This document shows, piece by piece, positions 54,079 to 63,277 of a DNA stretch of 64,000 bases. This DNA comes from SAR202 cluster bacterium (GTDB lineage: Bacteria > Chloroflexota > Dehalococcoidia > Lucifugimonadales > UBA826), in assembly GCA_022447825.1 (NCBI GenBank), contig JAKUTY010000006.1, forward strand, positions 242-64,241, in the 5' to 3' direction. Below the pieces are notes generated by a model. The model searched no databases, had not been told where the DNA came from, and saw only the letters and a list, made by a program, of their open reading frames with translations. How positions within the stretch are numbered: position 1 is the first letter of the stretch; each line of letters opens with the position of its first letter. The position numbers were made by a program, and so were the translations under genes.

Positions 54079-55662
54079 ATGGAATATGATTATGTAGTAA
54101 TCGGTTCAGGTTCAGCTGGATCTATTATAGCTTCAAGATTATCTGAAAATCCCAATAATACGGTTTTATTGTTAGAAGGTGGACCTGATTATCAAAATTT
54201 TGACGAAATACCTGAAGATATCAAATTAGGATATGCAACTGGAACTCACCTAGCAATTTATGAACATCACGATTGGGGCCACACTGGATTAGTGGGAGAC
54301 TATGATGAAGTCAAAGATAGAGAAATCAGGTTACCTAGAGGCAAAATCACAGGTGGCAGCAGCTCGATCAACGGTCAGATTTTCCTTAGAGGCCTGACTC
54401 ATGATTTCGAATTATGGAATCAAAAGGGACTTGATCAATGGAAATATGAAGATGTACTTCCTTATTTCAACAAACTAGAAAACGATTTAGACTTTTCAGA
54501 TGATTTCCATGGTTCTGATGGACCAATTCTTGCCCAACGTTTCCCTGAAAAAGAATGGACAGAACCACAAAAACTGTTTTTTGATGCTTGCATTAATGAA
54601 GGATACCCAATGGCAAAGGATTTTAATTTGCCTGATGCAACAGGTGTAGGACCATTTCCATGTAATAACTATCAGGGCATAAGAATGAGCACAGCTATAG
54701 GGTATTTATCAGATGCTCGACATAGATTAAATCTAACCATTAGATCCAATTGCTATGTAACAAAATTAGTAGTTAACAATCAACAAATTCAGGGTGTAGA
54801 CGTAGAAAGCAATGGTGAGCAATTTAGGGTTTATGGCAATAAAGTAATTTTATCTGCAGGAACTATTTCAAGCCCTCATATTTTACTTTTATCTGGAATA
54901 GGTCCAGAAGATGAATTAAAAAAACATGGCATCCAACAAACTATTAACCTGCCTGGAGTAGGTAAAAACTTAAGAGATCACCCAATGAATTACGTCAAAA
55001 TGGGTGTAAAAGATATAAAACAATTAGACACATCTAAGCCCATGTTGCAAGTTGGTTTAAGGTATTCTTCTTCATCTGCACCTGAAATGCCTGACGATAT
55101 GATTCTATACATGAATTCATATGCTTCTGAAGGAGACTACAGAGATATTCTGTTTGATAGAGAAAAAAACCATAATTCTGAATTAACCGGCATCCAAATT
55201 GCAGTTTTGCTATATCTTGCCACTAGCCAAGGATCTGTCACATTAAAATCTAGCAATCCTCACGATAAACCTAATGTCACCCTAAACTTACTAAAAAGCG
55301 AACTCGATGTAAAAAGAATGGCAGAAGGAATTAGAAAAGCAGATGAAATCATGCACAATTCAAAATTATCTGATTTTGTTACACAAAGACAAAGCCCCTC
55401 TGATGAAATTTTAAGTGATGAAGAAAAATTTCACTCTTGGTTGAGACGCTCAACCCTTACCGGAAACCACATGACAAGCTCTTGCTCAATGGGAATAGAA
55501 TCTAATGAAATGGCTGTTGTAGATCAAAATTGTAAAGTTTATGGAATAGATAACCTATATATTGCCGATGCATCAGTCATGCCAGATGCTGTAAGAGCCA
55601 ACACAAACGTAACAACAATGATGGTTGCAGAAAGAGTTTCTGATTTATTATCTAAACTTTAA
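54079..55662 (+). CDS. GMC family oxidoreductase (second copy)
   Basis: YDYVVIGSGSAGSIIASRLSEN, GGSSSINGQIF and a C-terminal GNHMTSSCSMG. Paralogous to 20558..22123. Confidence 0.85.
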   Translation: MEYDYVVIGSGSAGSIIASRLSENPNNTVLLLEGGPDYQNFDEIPEDIKLGYATGTHLAIYEHHDWGHTGLVGDYDEVKDREIRLPRGKITGGSSSINGQIFLRGLTHDFELWNQKGLDQWKYEDVLPYFNKLENDLDFSDDFHGSDGPILAQRFPEKEWTEPQKLFFDACINEGYPMAKDFNLPDATGVGPFPCNNYQGIRMSTAIGYLSDARHRLNLTIRSNCYVTKLVVNNQQIQGVDVESNGEQFRVYGNKVILSAGTISSPHILLLSGIGPEDELKKHGIQQTINLPGVGKNLRDHPMNYVKMGVKDIKQLDTSKPMLQVGLRYSSSSAPEMPDDMILYMNSYASEGDYRDILFDREKNHNSELTGIQIAVLLYLATSQGSVTLKSSNPHDKPNVTLNLLKSELDVKRMAEGIRKADEIMHNSKLSDFVTQRQSPSDEILSDEEKFHSWLRRSTLTGNHMTSSCSMGIESNEMAVVDQNCKVYGIDNLYIADASVMPDAVRANTNVTTMMVAERVSDLLSKL

Positions 55663-55757
55663 TTCCTTGACTTGATTTATTCATTCAAAGAAAATATATC
55701 CCTTAGATTTGCATTAAAATTCCATTTCATTGGTATGATGCATAGAGATTAAGATTT

Positions 55758-55832
55758 TCCGCAGTAGCTCAGTGGTAGAGCAATCGGCTGTTAACCGATC
55801 GGTCGCTGGTTCGAATCCAGCCTGCGGAGCCA
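55758..55832 (+). tRNA. tRNA-Asn (anticodon GTT), CCA encoded
   Basis: Hand-folded. Acceptor TCCGCAG/CTGCGGA, D-arm GCTC-AGTGGTA-GAGC, anticodon stem ATCGG/CCGAT with loop CTGTTAA, T-arm GCTGG-TTCGAAT-CCAGC, and a 3' GCCA. Confidence 0.9.
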
Positions 55833-55846
55833 ATCATGGAGACAAA

Positions 55847-56374
55847 ATGTCACAAGATAAGACGAATGAAAATCCTGCTTTTGAACTAGCTGAAGAAGTT
55901 CCAAATTCAGCAAGGATATATAAACAATCTCACGCAGCCTGGATTCTTCCTGCTTTAACATGGTCAGTAGTACTGTTTTTGATAGCTACTTTTACTGGAA
56001 TATTTTCTACAGATCCAACCGGCGGACTACTTCCATTTTTATTTGCTGCAGGAATAGCAATTCCTAGATATTACAAGTGGACTCAAACAGTATTCTATAT
56101 TTCTGATGATTCATTTTATCTAAAAGGTTCTGGAATGCCATTTCAAAAAAGAAAAATTTTCAGAATCCCATTGAATACAATTGAATCTATCAAAACAAAT
56201 TTTGGAATGTTTGGTAGAACACTAGGATACGGGGATGTTGTAATCAGTTTTGTAGATAAGCGACAATCAAGACTTCAATTCATAGAAAAATCCACCCAAA
56301 TGAGTGAAGACATTGCTTCAAAAACTGGTTTAAATGTTAATGAAGTAGATGAAAATGACGAAAATGAGAGTTAG
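55847..56374 (+). CDS. membrane protein with bacterial PH-like (bPH_2/YdbT-like) domain
   Basis: Two TM helices followed by FYISDDSFYLKGSGMPFQKRKIFRIPLNTIESIKTNFGMFGRTLGYGDVVISF. The start was moved to ATG 55847 because the track start lies inside tRNA-Asn. Confidence 0.5.
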   Translation: MSQDKTNENPAFELAEEVPNSARIYKQSHAAWILPALTWSVVLFLIATFTGIFSTDPTGGLLPFLFAAGIAIPRYYKWTQTVFYISDDSFYLKGSGMPFQKRKIFRIPLNTIESIKTNFGMFGRTLGYGDVVISFVDKRQSRLQFIEKSTQMSEDIASKTGLNVNEVDENDENES

Positions 56375-56598
56375 TTAAAAATTCCAGACTTATCTGCGGC
56401 AAGTTTCACGTCATCTGACCTAAAAGCGCTCAATACACGCTTAATTGATACTTCATCATTTCCTTGATAAAGACCAATTATTCTAGTCACTTTATCTGAT
56501 TTTGATCCTGAAACTGGCAAATCCAACTGCTTCAAAGCGTAAGATAAATCATCTCCACGAAATTCTGATAAGAACTGTTCAAAATTCTCAACAGCCAT
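56371..56598 (-). CDS. small hypothetical protein (possible SAP-like motif)
   Basis: The ATG at 56598 follows a GGGAG SD. LSYALKQLDLPVSGSKSDKVTRIIGL resembles a SAP helix-extended-helix motif. Confidence 0.35.
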   Translation of the reverse strand: MAVENFEQFLSEFRGDDLSYALKQLDLPVSGSKSDKVTRIIGLYQGNDEVSIKRVLSAFRSDDVKLAADKSGIFN

Positions 56599-56728
56599 AT
56601 ATAACTCCCGTCTTTTTAGTGTTAATGTAAGGTTTAACAACTAATTTTATCATGACTTTTCTGAAATTTTACAAGTTTGATTAAATAATGAAGTTGGAAT
56701 ATCTTGCAAGAATTGGAAGGAGTTAACA

Positions 56729-57574
56729 ATGGCAATCAAAATAGTGACTGACAGTACATGTGATTTAGACAAAAAAACAGCTCAAGATCTTTCTATTGAA
56801 ATAGTCCCATTAAACGTTCATTTTGGTGATGAGGTGTACAAAGATGGAATAGAAATTAATTCTGATAATTTTTTTGACAAATTAATCAATGGAAGTATAT
56901 ATCCCAAAACATCTCAACCTTCTGTAGGTGAATTTATAGATGTGTACGAAAAACTAGGAAACGATGGAAGTGATATTGTTTCTATCCATATATCAGACCA
57001 GCTAAGCGGAACAATCAATTCAGCAAGACAAGCTGCTAAACATTTAGAAGGTAAAGTAAAAGTCCACATTATCGACTCAAAACAAATTTCAATATCTTTA
57101 GGTTTGATAACTATTTCTGCGGCTACAGCTGTAAAAGAAGGCAAAGAACTTAACGAGGTATTAGATTTAATAGCTAGCTTGATAGCTAGAAGTCATGTTT
57201 TCACTGCATTAGACACACTAGAATACCTAGAAAAAGGTGGAAGAATAGGAAAAGCAAAATCTCTTGTAGGAAAAATCCTAAACTTTAAACCTATTATAGG
57301 CTCTGCTGACGGGATCATTGATGCATTTGGACGAGGCCGATCAAATACTGCTTGCATGATTAAATTAGAGGAATTAGTTAAGTCAACTGGAGAAATTGAA
57401 AGTATTGGAATTGTGTATAGCACTGATAAATCTTTAGCTGATAAGTTTTCTGAGCAAATTACGCAAAACCTCAAACTTGAAAAACCACCAAAATCGTATC
57501 AAATAGGTCCTGTGATAGGTGTTTATGGAGGACCAAACGTAATTGGAGTAGGAATTATTTCAAAAAATCTTTAA
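56729..57574 (+). CDS. DegV family fatty-acid-binding protein
   Basis: IKIVTDSTCDL N-terminus, TSQPSVGEF and HISDQLSGT motifs. 281 aa. Confidence 0.85.
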   Translation: MAIKIVTDSTCDLDKKTAQDLSIEIVPLNVHFGDEVYKDGIEINSDNFFDKLINGSIYPKTSQPSVGEFIDVYEKLGNDGSDIVSIHISDQLSGTINSARQAAKHLEGKVKVHIIDSKQISISLGLITISAATAVKEGKELNEVLDLIASLIARSHVFTALDTLEYLEKGGRIGKAKSLVGKILNFKPIIGSADGIIDAFGRGRSNTACMIKLEELVKSTGEIESIGIVYSTDKSLADKFSEQITQNLKLEKPPKSYQIGPVIGVYGGPNVIGVGIISKNL

Positions 57575-57635
57575 AAAATCATTTAATTAGGTTATTATGC
57601 CTAAAAATGATAAACACAATTCGTAAAGGCTATAA

Positions 57636-58736
57636 ATGAGCTTAAGAGGCAGAGCAGCAATAGTAGGTATAGGAGAAGTACCTACAAAACGTGTTCATGA
57701 AGGCAGAACTATGGTTGGTCTTTGTGCTGAAGCTGCTGAATTAGCAATTAAAGATTCCGGATTACGAAAAGAAGATATTAATGGTTTAGTTACTGATGGA
57801 GTAACACCCCCTCCGGGGCTTGCAGAATACATTGGAATTCAACCCAATTTTGCCACTGGCGTCACTATGCAAGGTGCAAGTGGAGCAACAGCCACTATGG
57901 TAGCTACTGCCGCAATTAATGGAGGTATTTGCCATACTGCATTAGTTGTAATGGGAAATGCAAGAACAGATAGGCCAGACCCAGGAAGAGGTTTATCTGG
58001 AGCAAGTATCAGGTCAGAATGGGAAGAACCCTATGGCATGGCACCAGGAGCTAATACTGGATATGGTCTAATTTATCAAAGACATATGCACGAATATGGA
58101 ACTACAGAAGAACAGTTAGCTAAAATGGCTGCAGACCAAAGATTTAATGCTCAAAAAAATGAAAATGCAGTATTTCACGGACAACCAGCTAGTAAAGAAG
58201 ATATCTTAAACTCTAGATATATCAATGAACCCATCAAATTACTAGAATCAGTCATGCCTTGCGATGGAGCAGCAGCTTTAATAATTACTACTCCAGAAAG
58301 AGCAAAAACCCTTAAAAATAAACCTGCTTACATTTTGGGAACCGGACTTAAACAAGGCGAAGCCAATATTTGGCAGAGAGATAGAATAACTGAAACTCCA
58401 GCAGTTGAATCTGTAAGAAGGGCTTTAGAAATGTCTGGGTACTCTCCAGGGGATATTGAATTTGCTGAATTTTATGATTGTTACACTATTTTAGCTGCCG
58501 TATGCATTGAAGACGCTGGTTTGGTAGAAAAGGGTGAAATTGGCCCCTTTTACGAGTCGACAGACACTACTTACAAAGGTACATTTCCAATTAACACTGA
58601 CGGAGGCCAGCTTTCTGGCGGACAGCCTGGTTTAGCAGGCGGATTCCGACATGTAATTGAAGGAGCTAGGCAAGTAATGGGTAAAGCGGGTCCAAGGCAG
58701 GTACCCAATAGTGACCTCTGCCTCGTAAATGGTTGA
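57636..58736 (+). CDS. thiolase-fold protein (SCP-x type) with non-canonical active site; ORF ends at a TGA inside the conserved C-terminal Gly-rich motif (in-frame continuation to 58793)
   Basis: GRAAIVGIGEVP N-terminus, QGASG where the nucleophile CxSG is expected, YDCY (HDCF-like), and NTDGGQLSGGQPG (GQP instead of GHP). The ORF ends ...CLVNG-TGA-GGTASEMCSIVLGSEDTL-TAA. Confidence 0.7.
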   Translation: MSLRGRAAIVGIGEVPTKRVHEGRTMVGLCAEAAELAIKDSGLRKEDINGLVTDGVTPPPGLAEYIGIQPNFATGVTMQGASGATATMVATAAINGGICHTALVVMGNARTDRPDPGRGLSGASIRSEWEEPYGMAPGANTGYGLIYQRHMHEYGTTEEQLAKMAADQRFNAQKNENAVFHGQPASKEDILNSRYINEPIKLLESVMPCDGAAALIITTPERAKTLKNKPAYILGTGLKQGEANIWQRDRITETPAVESVRRALEMSGYSPGDIEFAEFYDCYTILAAVCIEDAGLVEKGEIGPFYESTDTTYKGTFPINTDGGQLSGGQPGLAGGFRHVIEGARQVMGKAGPRQVPNSDLCLVNG

Positions 58737-58746
58737 GGGGGCACAG

Positions 58747-58784
58747 CGAGCGAAATGTGCTCGATAGTTCTCGGGTCCGAGGAC
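58747..58784 (+). other. two GC-rich hairpins immediately 3' of the in-frame TGA (SECIS-like or intercistronic structure)
   Basis: CGAGC-GAAAUGU-GCUCG (58747..58763) starts 10 nt after the UGA. GUUCUCG-GGUC-CGAGGAC follows at 58767..58784. Local GC content and G/C-ending codons are atypical for this window. Confidence 0.4.
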
Positions 58785-58803
58785 ACACTTTAAGGAAAAA
58801 ATA

Positions 58804-59220
58804 ATGGCATCTGCTTACGATAAACCACTACCAGTTCCATCTAATCCAACTCTAACTAAACCTTTCTGGGAAGCTACCCGAAAAGAAGAGTTATTACTGC
58901 CTAGATGTAATACCTGTTCTGCTCTATTCTTTTACCCTAGGGAGGTTTGTCCGAAATGTCCATCAATGGATCTAGGATGGCAAAAAGCTTCCGGACTAGG
59001 AAAAGTTTATTCTTACACTAAAGTTAAACAGGCTGCACATCCGTCTTTTCAATCCGCTGACGGACACATTTATGCAATTATTCAATTAAACGAAGGTATG
59101 AAAATTCCTTCAAACATAGTTGGAATTGATGCGGATGATGTAAAAATAGATATGGATGTCGTAGCAGTATTTGAGAAAGTCACAGATGAAGTTACCTTAG
59201 TGAAATTCAAACCTATTTAA
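58804..59220 (+). CDS. DUF35 OB-fold / Zn-ribbon protein (thiolase partner)
   Basis: FWEATRKEELLLPRCNTCSALFFYPREVCPKCPSMDLGWQKASGLGKVYSYT shows a 4-Cys ribbon followed by an OB fold. Confidence 0.75.
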   Translation: MASAYDKPLPVPSNPTLTKPFWEATRKEELLLPRCNTCSALFFYPREVCPKCPSMDLGWQKASGLGKVYSYTKVKQAAHPSFQSADGHIYAIIQLNEGMKIPSNIVGIDADDVKIDMDVVAVFEKVTDEVTLVKFKPI

Positions 59221-59227
59221 ATTTAAA

Positions 59228-59785
59228 TTAATTAAAAATAGTTCCTACGTAATTTAATCCTCTAAATTTACCTTTATAATCCATGCCATACCCAACTACC
59301 CAGCTTTTGTCATTTAAGCTAAAACAATAATAATCAGGTTCTATAACGTGTTTTCTTTTACCGTGTTTATTAAGAAGAACAGCCGTCAATATCTCTTGAT
59401 CAGAAATTTTTGCGACACTTTGACTCACTTCCAATAAAGTTTCTCCGGTATCCATTAAATCATCTACAACAATAGTTGGTGAATCTAAATCTAAACTATC
59501 TTTCAAAAATTCATCCCCATAAATTTTTGTACCTTGGGATTCCAATTCATTCCCATACGATTTCACTATTAAAGGAAACATTTTATAAAAACCAGGACGC
59601 AAATTTTCCAACTGTGACATTAAATCTGATACAAACATCACACTTCCAGACAAAATTGGAATCAAATTTACAGAATCATAATTTTTAACTCTATTATCAA
59701 TTGCTTTAGCAATTCTAGATATTTCATTATCTATCTGATTTTTATCCCACAAAACTTGAATATCTGAAACAGTTATATCTTTCAT
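59228..59785 (-). CDS. hpt: hypoxanthine(-guanine) phosphoribosyltransferase
   Basis: PRPP-binding loop TIVVDDLMDTGETL and a C-terminal VVGYGMDYKGKFRGLNYVGTI typical of Hpt. Confidence 0.8.
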   Translation of the reverse strand: MKDITVSDIQVLWDKNQIDNEISRIAKAIDNRVKNYDSVNLIPILSGSVMFVSDLMSQLENLRPGFYKMFPLIVKSYGNELESQGTKIYGDEFLKDSLDLDSPTIVVDDLMDTGETLLEVSQSVAKISDQEILTAVLLNKHGKRKHVIEPDYYCFSLNDKSWVVGYGMDYKGKFRGLNYVGTIFN

Positions 59786-60738
59786 TTAATCTCTTCCGGT
59801 AATTTTTTCCCTAAAGATTGAGGTTGATTTCCGCCTAGAATTGCAACAATCCACTTGGGAACATTTTTTATTTCATCTCGATTAATGTATTGGATAAATA
59901 TTAATATAAAAATCATCAATGGGAAGGGTAGTAAAGGAAGAATTTGAGATAAAGCTAAAGTTACAGACTGAGCTTTGATAGCTAAGACTTGAAGTAACCC
60001 AAAGGAATAAGCTCCAACAGCAGCTCTAAAAGGATTCCATCCTCCAAAAATTACAATCGCCAAAACAATCCAACCATAATTAGTGGTATGCCCTTCAGAC
60101 CATCCATACTTTGTATAAAGAGAAAAACTAGCTCCTGCTAAGCCCAAAAGGCTACCTCCCATCACACAAGATAACAACCTCATGCGCTTCACATTTATTC
60201 CTCTTGAACTAGCTGAACTAGGATTTTCTCCTGAGGCTCTAATAGCCAAACCATATGAAGTTTTGTTTAAAAATAACCAAGATAATGGAATTAAAACTAT
60301 AGACAGATAAGTGATCAATGAATGATTAAATAGTACAGATCCAAAAAAAGGTATGTCAGACAAAAAAGGAATTGAGAACTTTGTGATCAAAGGGCCATTA
60401 ATCCTGACATAATCTTGGCCTAAAAAATTGCTTAAATTTATACATAAAATTGTCAAAACAAAGCCTACTGCTATTTGATCCATACGAAGATTGATATCAC
60501 AATAAGAGATAAAAAAGGATATTCCAGCTCCTAGTACCATTGCACACAAAAAACCTACAACAGCAAAATCTGTTTCATATGCCCCAATGAATCCAAATAA
60601 GGCACAAATCATAATTGTGCCCTCAGCTGACAAATTAATCACACCACCTTTTTCAGAAATGGTTTCACCAATCACGGCAATAATTAATGGAGTGCTTAAA
60701 GAAATAACTGTAACTAAAGTGTTTTCTAATAAAATCAT
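59782..60738 (-). CDS. ABC transporter permease (BMP/nucleoside-type, YufQ/NupQ-like)
   Basis: 318-aa polytopic protein in an operon with a BMP-family binding protein. Its ends overlap the neighbouring genes by 4 nt. Confidence 0.75.
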   Translation of the reverse strand: MILLENTLVTVISLSTPLIIAVIGETISEKGGVINLSAEGTIMICALFGFIGAYETDFAVVGFLCAMVLGAGISFFISYCDINLRMDQIAVGFVLTILCINLSNFLGQDYVRINGPLITKFSIPFLSDIPFFGSVLFNHSLITYLSIVLIPLSWLFLNKTSYGLAIRASGENPSSASSRGINVKRMRLLSCVMGGSLLGLAGASFSLYTKYGWSEGHTTNYGWIVLAIVIFGGWNPFRAAVGAYSFGLLQVLAIKAQSVTLALSQILPLLPFPLMIFILIFIQYINRDEIKNVPKWIVAILGGNQPQSLGKKLPEEIK

Positions 60739-61781
60739 TTTGCAAACATCTTTGAAATTTGTTTATACGTAATTTTCTCTATTTCAATCTTTTGTAAAAC
60801 CAACCAACTTAATACAAAAGTAGCTTGAATAATTCCTATCAAACTATGATCTAACCCTAATTTAATTTGTAGCTGACTACCTCCAACAATTAATGCTGCG
60901 AAGAGAAAGCTCACAATAAAAGTAAAATAAATATTCCTAGAACAAATTAAAACTATCAATATAGATAAAAATCCAAAGCCACCTGAAACAGATGGTACAA
61001 GTTTATGATAAGCACCCGATGATTGAGAAAATCCTGCTATTCCGGCGATTGCTCCAGCAATCAAAAATGAAAAAACAATGTACTTTTCGGAACTAAAATT
61101 AAATCTATTAGTCGCAAAAGTATTAATACCAGTTGCCTTTAATCTAATTCCCAAAGAAGTATAGCGAAATATAATTAGACTGAATATATATAAAAACAAA
61201 ACAAGAATAATTAAAAATATTGGGAAATTTGAATCCCCAACAGTTGGAACCCAAGAAGCCTTGTGAAATATATCCGTACCACTGGTAGAAGCAATACCAG
61301 CTCTTTTCCAAGGACCAATAATTAAGTAAATAACTATTCCGGAAGCAACAAAATCTAAGCCCAATCCACTAAAAATTTCATGGACCTTACCTTTGATTTT
61401 TAAAATCGCACAAATCAGACCCCAAAATCCACCAAAAAACATTGCCATCAATATTTGTAAATATGGTGATATGAGATCATCTCCTAAAAAGGATCTCGCT
61501 ACAAAAGTAGCACCAACAGCCCCCATAATAATTTGACCTTCAATTCCAATATTCCACATACCTGCAGAAAAGGTATAAATTAAAGCTAAAGCTGAAAGGC
61601 ACAATGGCGTCCAAACTATTAATGTTCGAATAAATTTCGAATAACTGCCTAAAGACCCATACAAAATCGACTCAAACACATCAAAAGGTGATACGCCAAA
61701 AATAATTAAAGTTAAAAAAATAATTACAAAAGTCAAAAGTAATCGAATTACCTGAAGTAACAAATTATTCAAATTCAACAT
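60735..61781 (-). CDS. ABC transporter permease (BMP/nucleoside-type, YufP/NupP-like)
   Basis: 348-aa polytopic protein, same operon. Confidence 0.75.
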   Translation of the reverse strand: MLNLNNLLLQVIRLLLTFVIIFLTLIIFGVSPFDVFESILYGSLGSYSKFIRTLIVWTPLCLSALALIYTFSAGMWNIGIEGQIIMGAVGATFVARSFLGDDLISPYLQILMAMFFGGFWGLICAILKIKGKVHEIFSGLGLDFVASGIVIYLIIGPWKRAGIASTSGTDIFHKASWVPTVGDSNFPIFLIILVLFLYIFSLIIFRYTSLGIRLKATGINTFATNRFNFSSEKYIVFSFLIAGAIAGIAGFSQSSGAYHKLVPSVSGGFGFLSILIVLICSRNIYFTFIVSFLFAALIVGGSQLQIKLGLDHSLIGIIQATFVLSWLVLQKIEIEKITYKQISKMFAK

Positions 61782-61782
61782 T

Positions 61783-63219
61783 TCAAACTAACCCTGAAAC
61801 AAATCGAGCAATAGAATCTTTGGTTAAAATATTTTTGTTACTCACATCAATAATTGTTTCCCCATGAACTGAAATTACTACGTCAGAATATTCCCATATT
61901 TCATCTATATCAGTAGAGGAAAATAAAACTGCTATATCCTGATTTTTACGGGCTAATATCATTTCCCACACATTATGTGCTGAATTAACATCAAGGCCCC
62001 TAGTAGGTTGCTCAAGTAAAAGTATGGATTTTTCTTGGGGCATTAAAGACAGCATAACTCTTTGTTGATTTCCTCCTGACAACTCATGCATTTTACTCTC
62101 AGGTGTAGCTTTAATGTTAAATTCCCCAATTTTTGAATCAACATGTTTTCTAACTGACTTCCAATTTAAAATATTTTTCTTTGATGCTTCAGATAAGCCA
62201 AAATGTTCAAGTAAAGTCATTTCACCAAAAAGGCCTCTTTCGAGCCTATCTGCAGGCATATAATAAAATTCATTTTTCAGTAAACTTGTAGACGAATTTA
62301 TCCTTATAAAAGATAAATTTTTGTCAGAACTAAAAAAATCTTGCAAAAATTTATCATTACTTGAACCTTGTAATCCTGCAAATCCAATTACCGTTCCCTG
62401 AGAAAAATCATATGAATTAGAAATATCTACCTGTGGAGATATATCTTTATCCAAAAAATTGATAGAAAAATTATCTAGTCTTTCATTGTGTTCAACATCT
62501 ATTGAACTTTTTTCAAACTGATCAAACATCACAGAAAAAATTTGATCAGAATCAAAAGGCTGAACAAGATTTTCTACAATTTCTCCATATTTCAAAATAC
62601 TCGCAGAATCACAAATCTCAAAAACCTCATCTAATTTATGTGAAACAAAAATGATAATGATCCCTTCTTGAGACAATTGCCTTAAAGTTTGGAACATATT
62701 TTTTTTCTGATCTAAAGAAAACGCACTAGTGGGCTCGTCTAAAATAATTAATTTAGCACCGTTATAAAGAAGCCTTAACAATTCTACTTGTTGTCTTTCA
62801 CCAATAGATAAACTTCGAGTTTTAGTATCTAAATCAATTTTAATTTCATATTTCTCTAATAAAGATGAGATTTTTTTTCGAATATCTTTAAGATGTCTAT
62901 ATGGAGCATTTTCATTAATCCCAACTAAAAAACTTTCTAAAATTGATAAATTAAAAAAATCTAAGGGATCTTGATTAAGTAAACCGATACCATTGCTGAT
63001 AGATTCTTTGGGAGAACCTAATTGAATTGGAGTTTCATTAATCAAAATTTGACCGTTATCAGGTGCAAATTGACCAGAAATTATTTTGACTAAAGTGGAT
63101 TTACCAGCTCCATTTTCACCTAAAAGAGCATGTATACCTGATTTAATTTCTAAATCAATATTTTTATTGGCGTGGACATTACCAAATGATTTGGAAATAT
63201 TTTTTATCTGAATTTTCAT
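61783..63219 (-). CDS. ABC transporter ATP-binding protein (tandem ATPase domains)
   Basis: GENGAGKST Walker A, LSIGERQQVELLR and LSGGNQQRVMLS signature motifs, and LILDEPTS Walker B. The start was set at MKIQIKN (63219) so that the upstream hairpin is intergenic. Confidence 0.85.
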   Translation of the reverse strand: MKIQIKNISKSFGNVHANKNIDLEIKSGIHALLGENGAGKSTLVKIISGQFAPDNGQILINETPIQLGSPKESISNGIGLLNQDPLDFFNLSILESFLVGINENAPYRHLKDIRKKISSLLEKYEIKIDLDTKTRSLSIGERQQVELLRLLYNGAKLIILDEPTSAFSLDQKKNMFQTLRQLSQEGIIIIFVSHKLDEVFEICDSASILKYGEIVENLVQPFDSDQIFSVMFDQFEKSSIDVEHNERLDNFSINFLDKDISPQVDISNSYDFSQGTVIGFAGLQGSSNDKFLQDFFSSDKNLSFIRINSSTSLLKNEFYYMPADRLERGLFGEMTLLEHFGLSEASKKNILNWKSVRKHVDSKIGEFNIKATPESKMHELSGGNQQRVMLSLMPQEKSILLLEQPTRGLDVNSAHNVWEMILARKNQDIAVLFSSTDIDEIWEYSDVVISVHGETIIDVSNKNILTKDSIARFVSGLV

Positions 63220-63230
63220 AAAATATCTCA

Positions 63231-63261
63231 AGCTTCATGGCCATTATATAGCCATGAAGCT
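63231..63261 (-). other. intercistronic hairpin between the binding-protein and ATPase genes
   Basis: Perfect 11-bp inverted repeat AGCTTCATGGC / GCCATGAAGCT with a 9-nt loop. Confidence 0.6.
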
Positions 63262-63277
63262 CAAAAATTTTACTCAT

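Noticed and set aside
27520-55832. Genomic island bounded by or integrated at tRNA-Leu or tRNA-Asn
   Set aside because: No integrase lies next to either tRNA, and I could not see a direct repeat of a tRNA 3' end. Base composition and gene content on both sides look the same as in the rest of the window.
55772-55846. Track ORF start inside tRNA-Asn (MVEQSAVNRSVAGSNPACGANHGDK...)
   Set aside because: These codons are simply the tRNA-Asn sequence read as protein. The real CDS most plausibly starts at ATG 55847.
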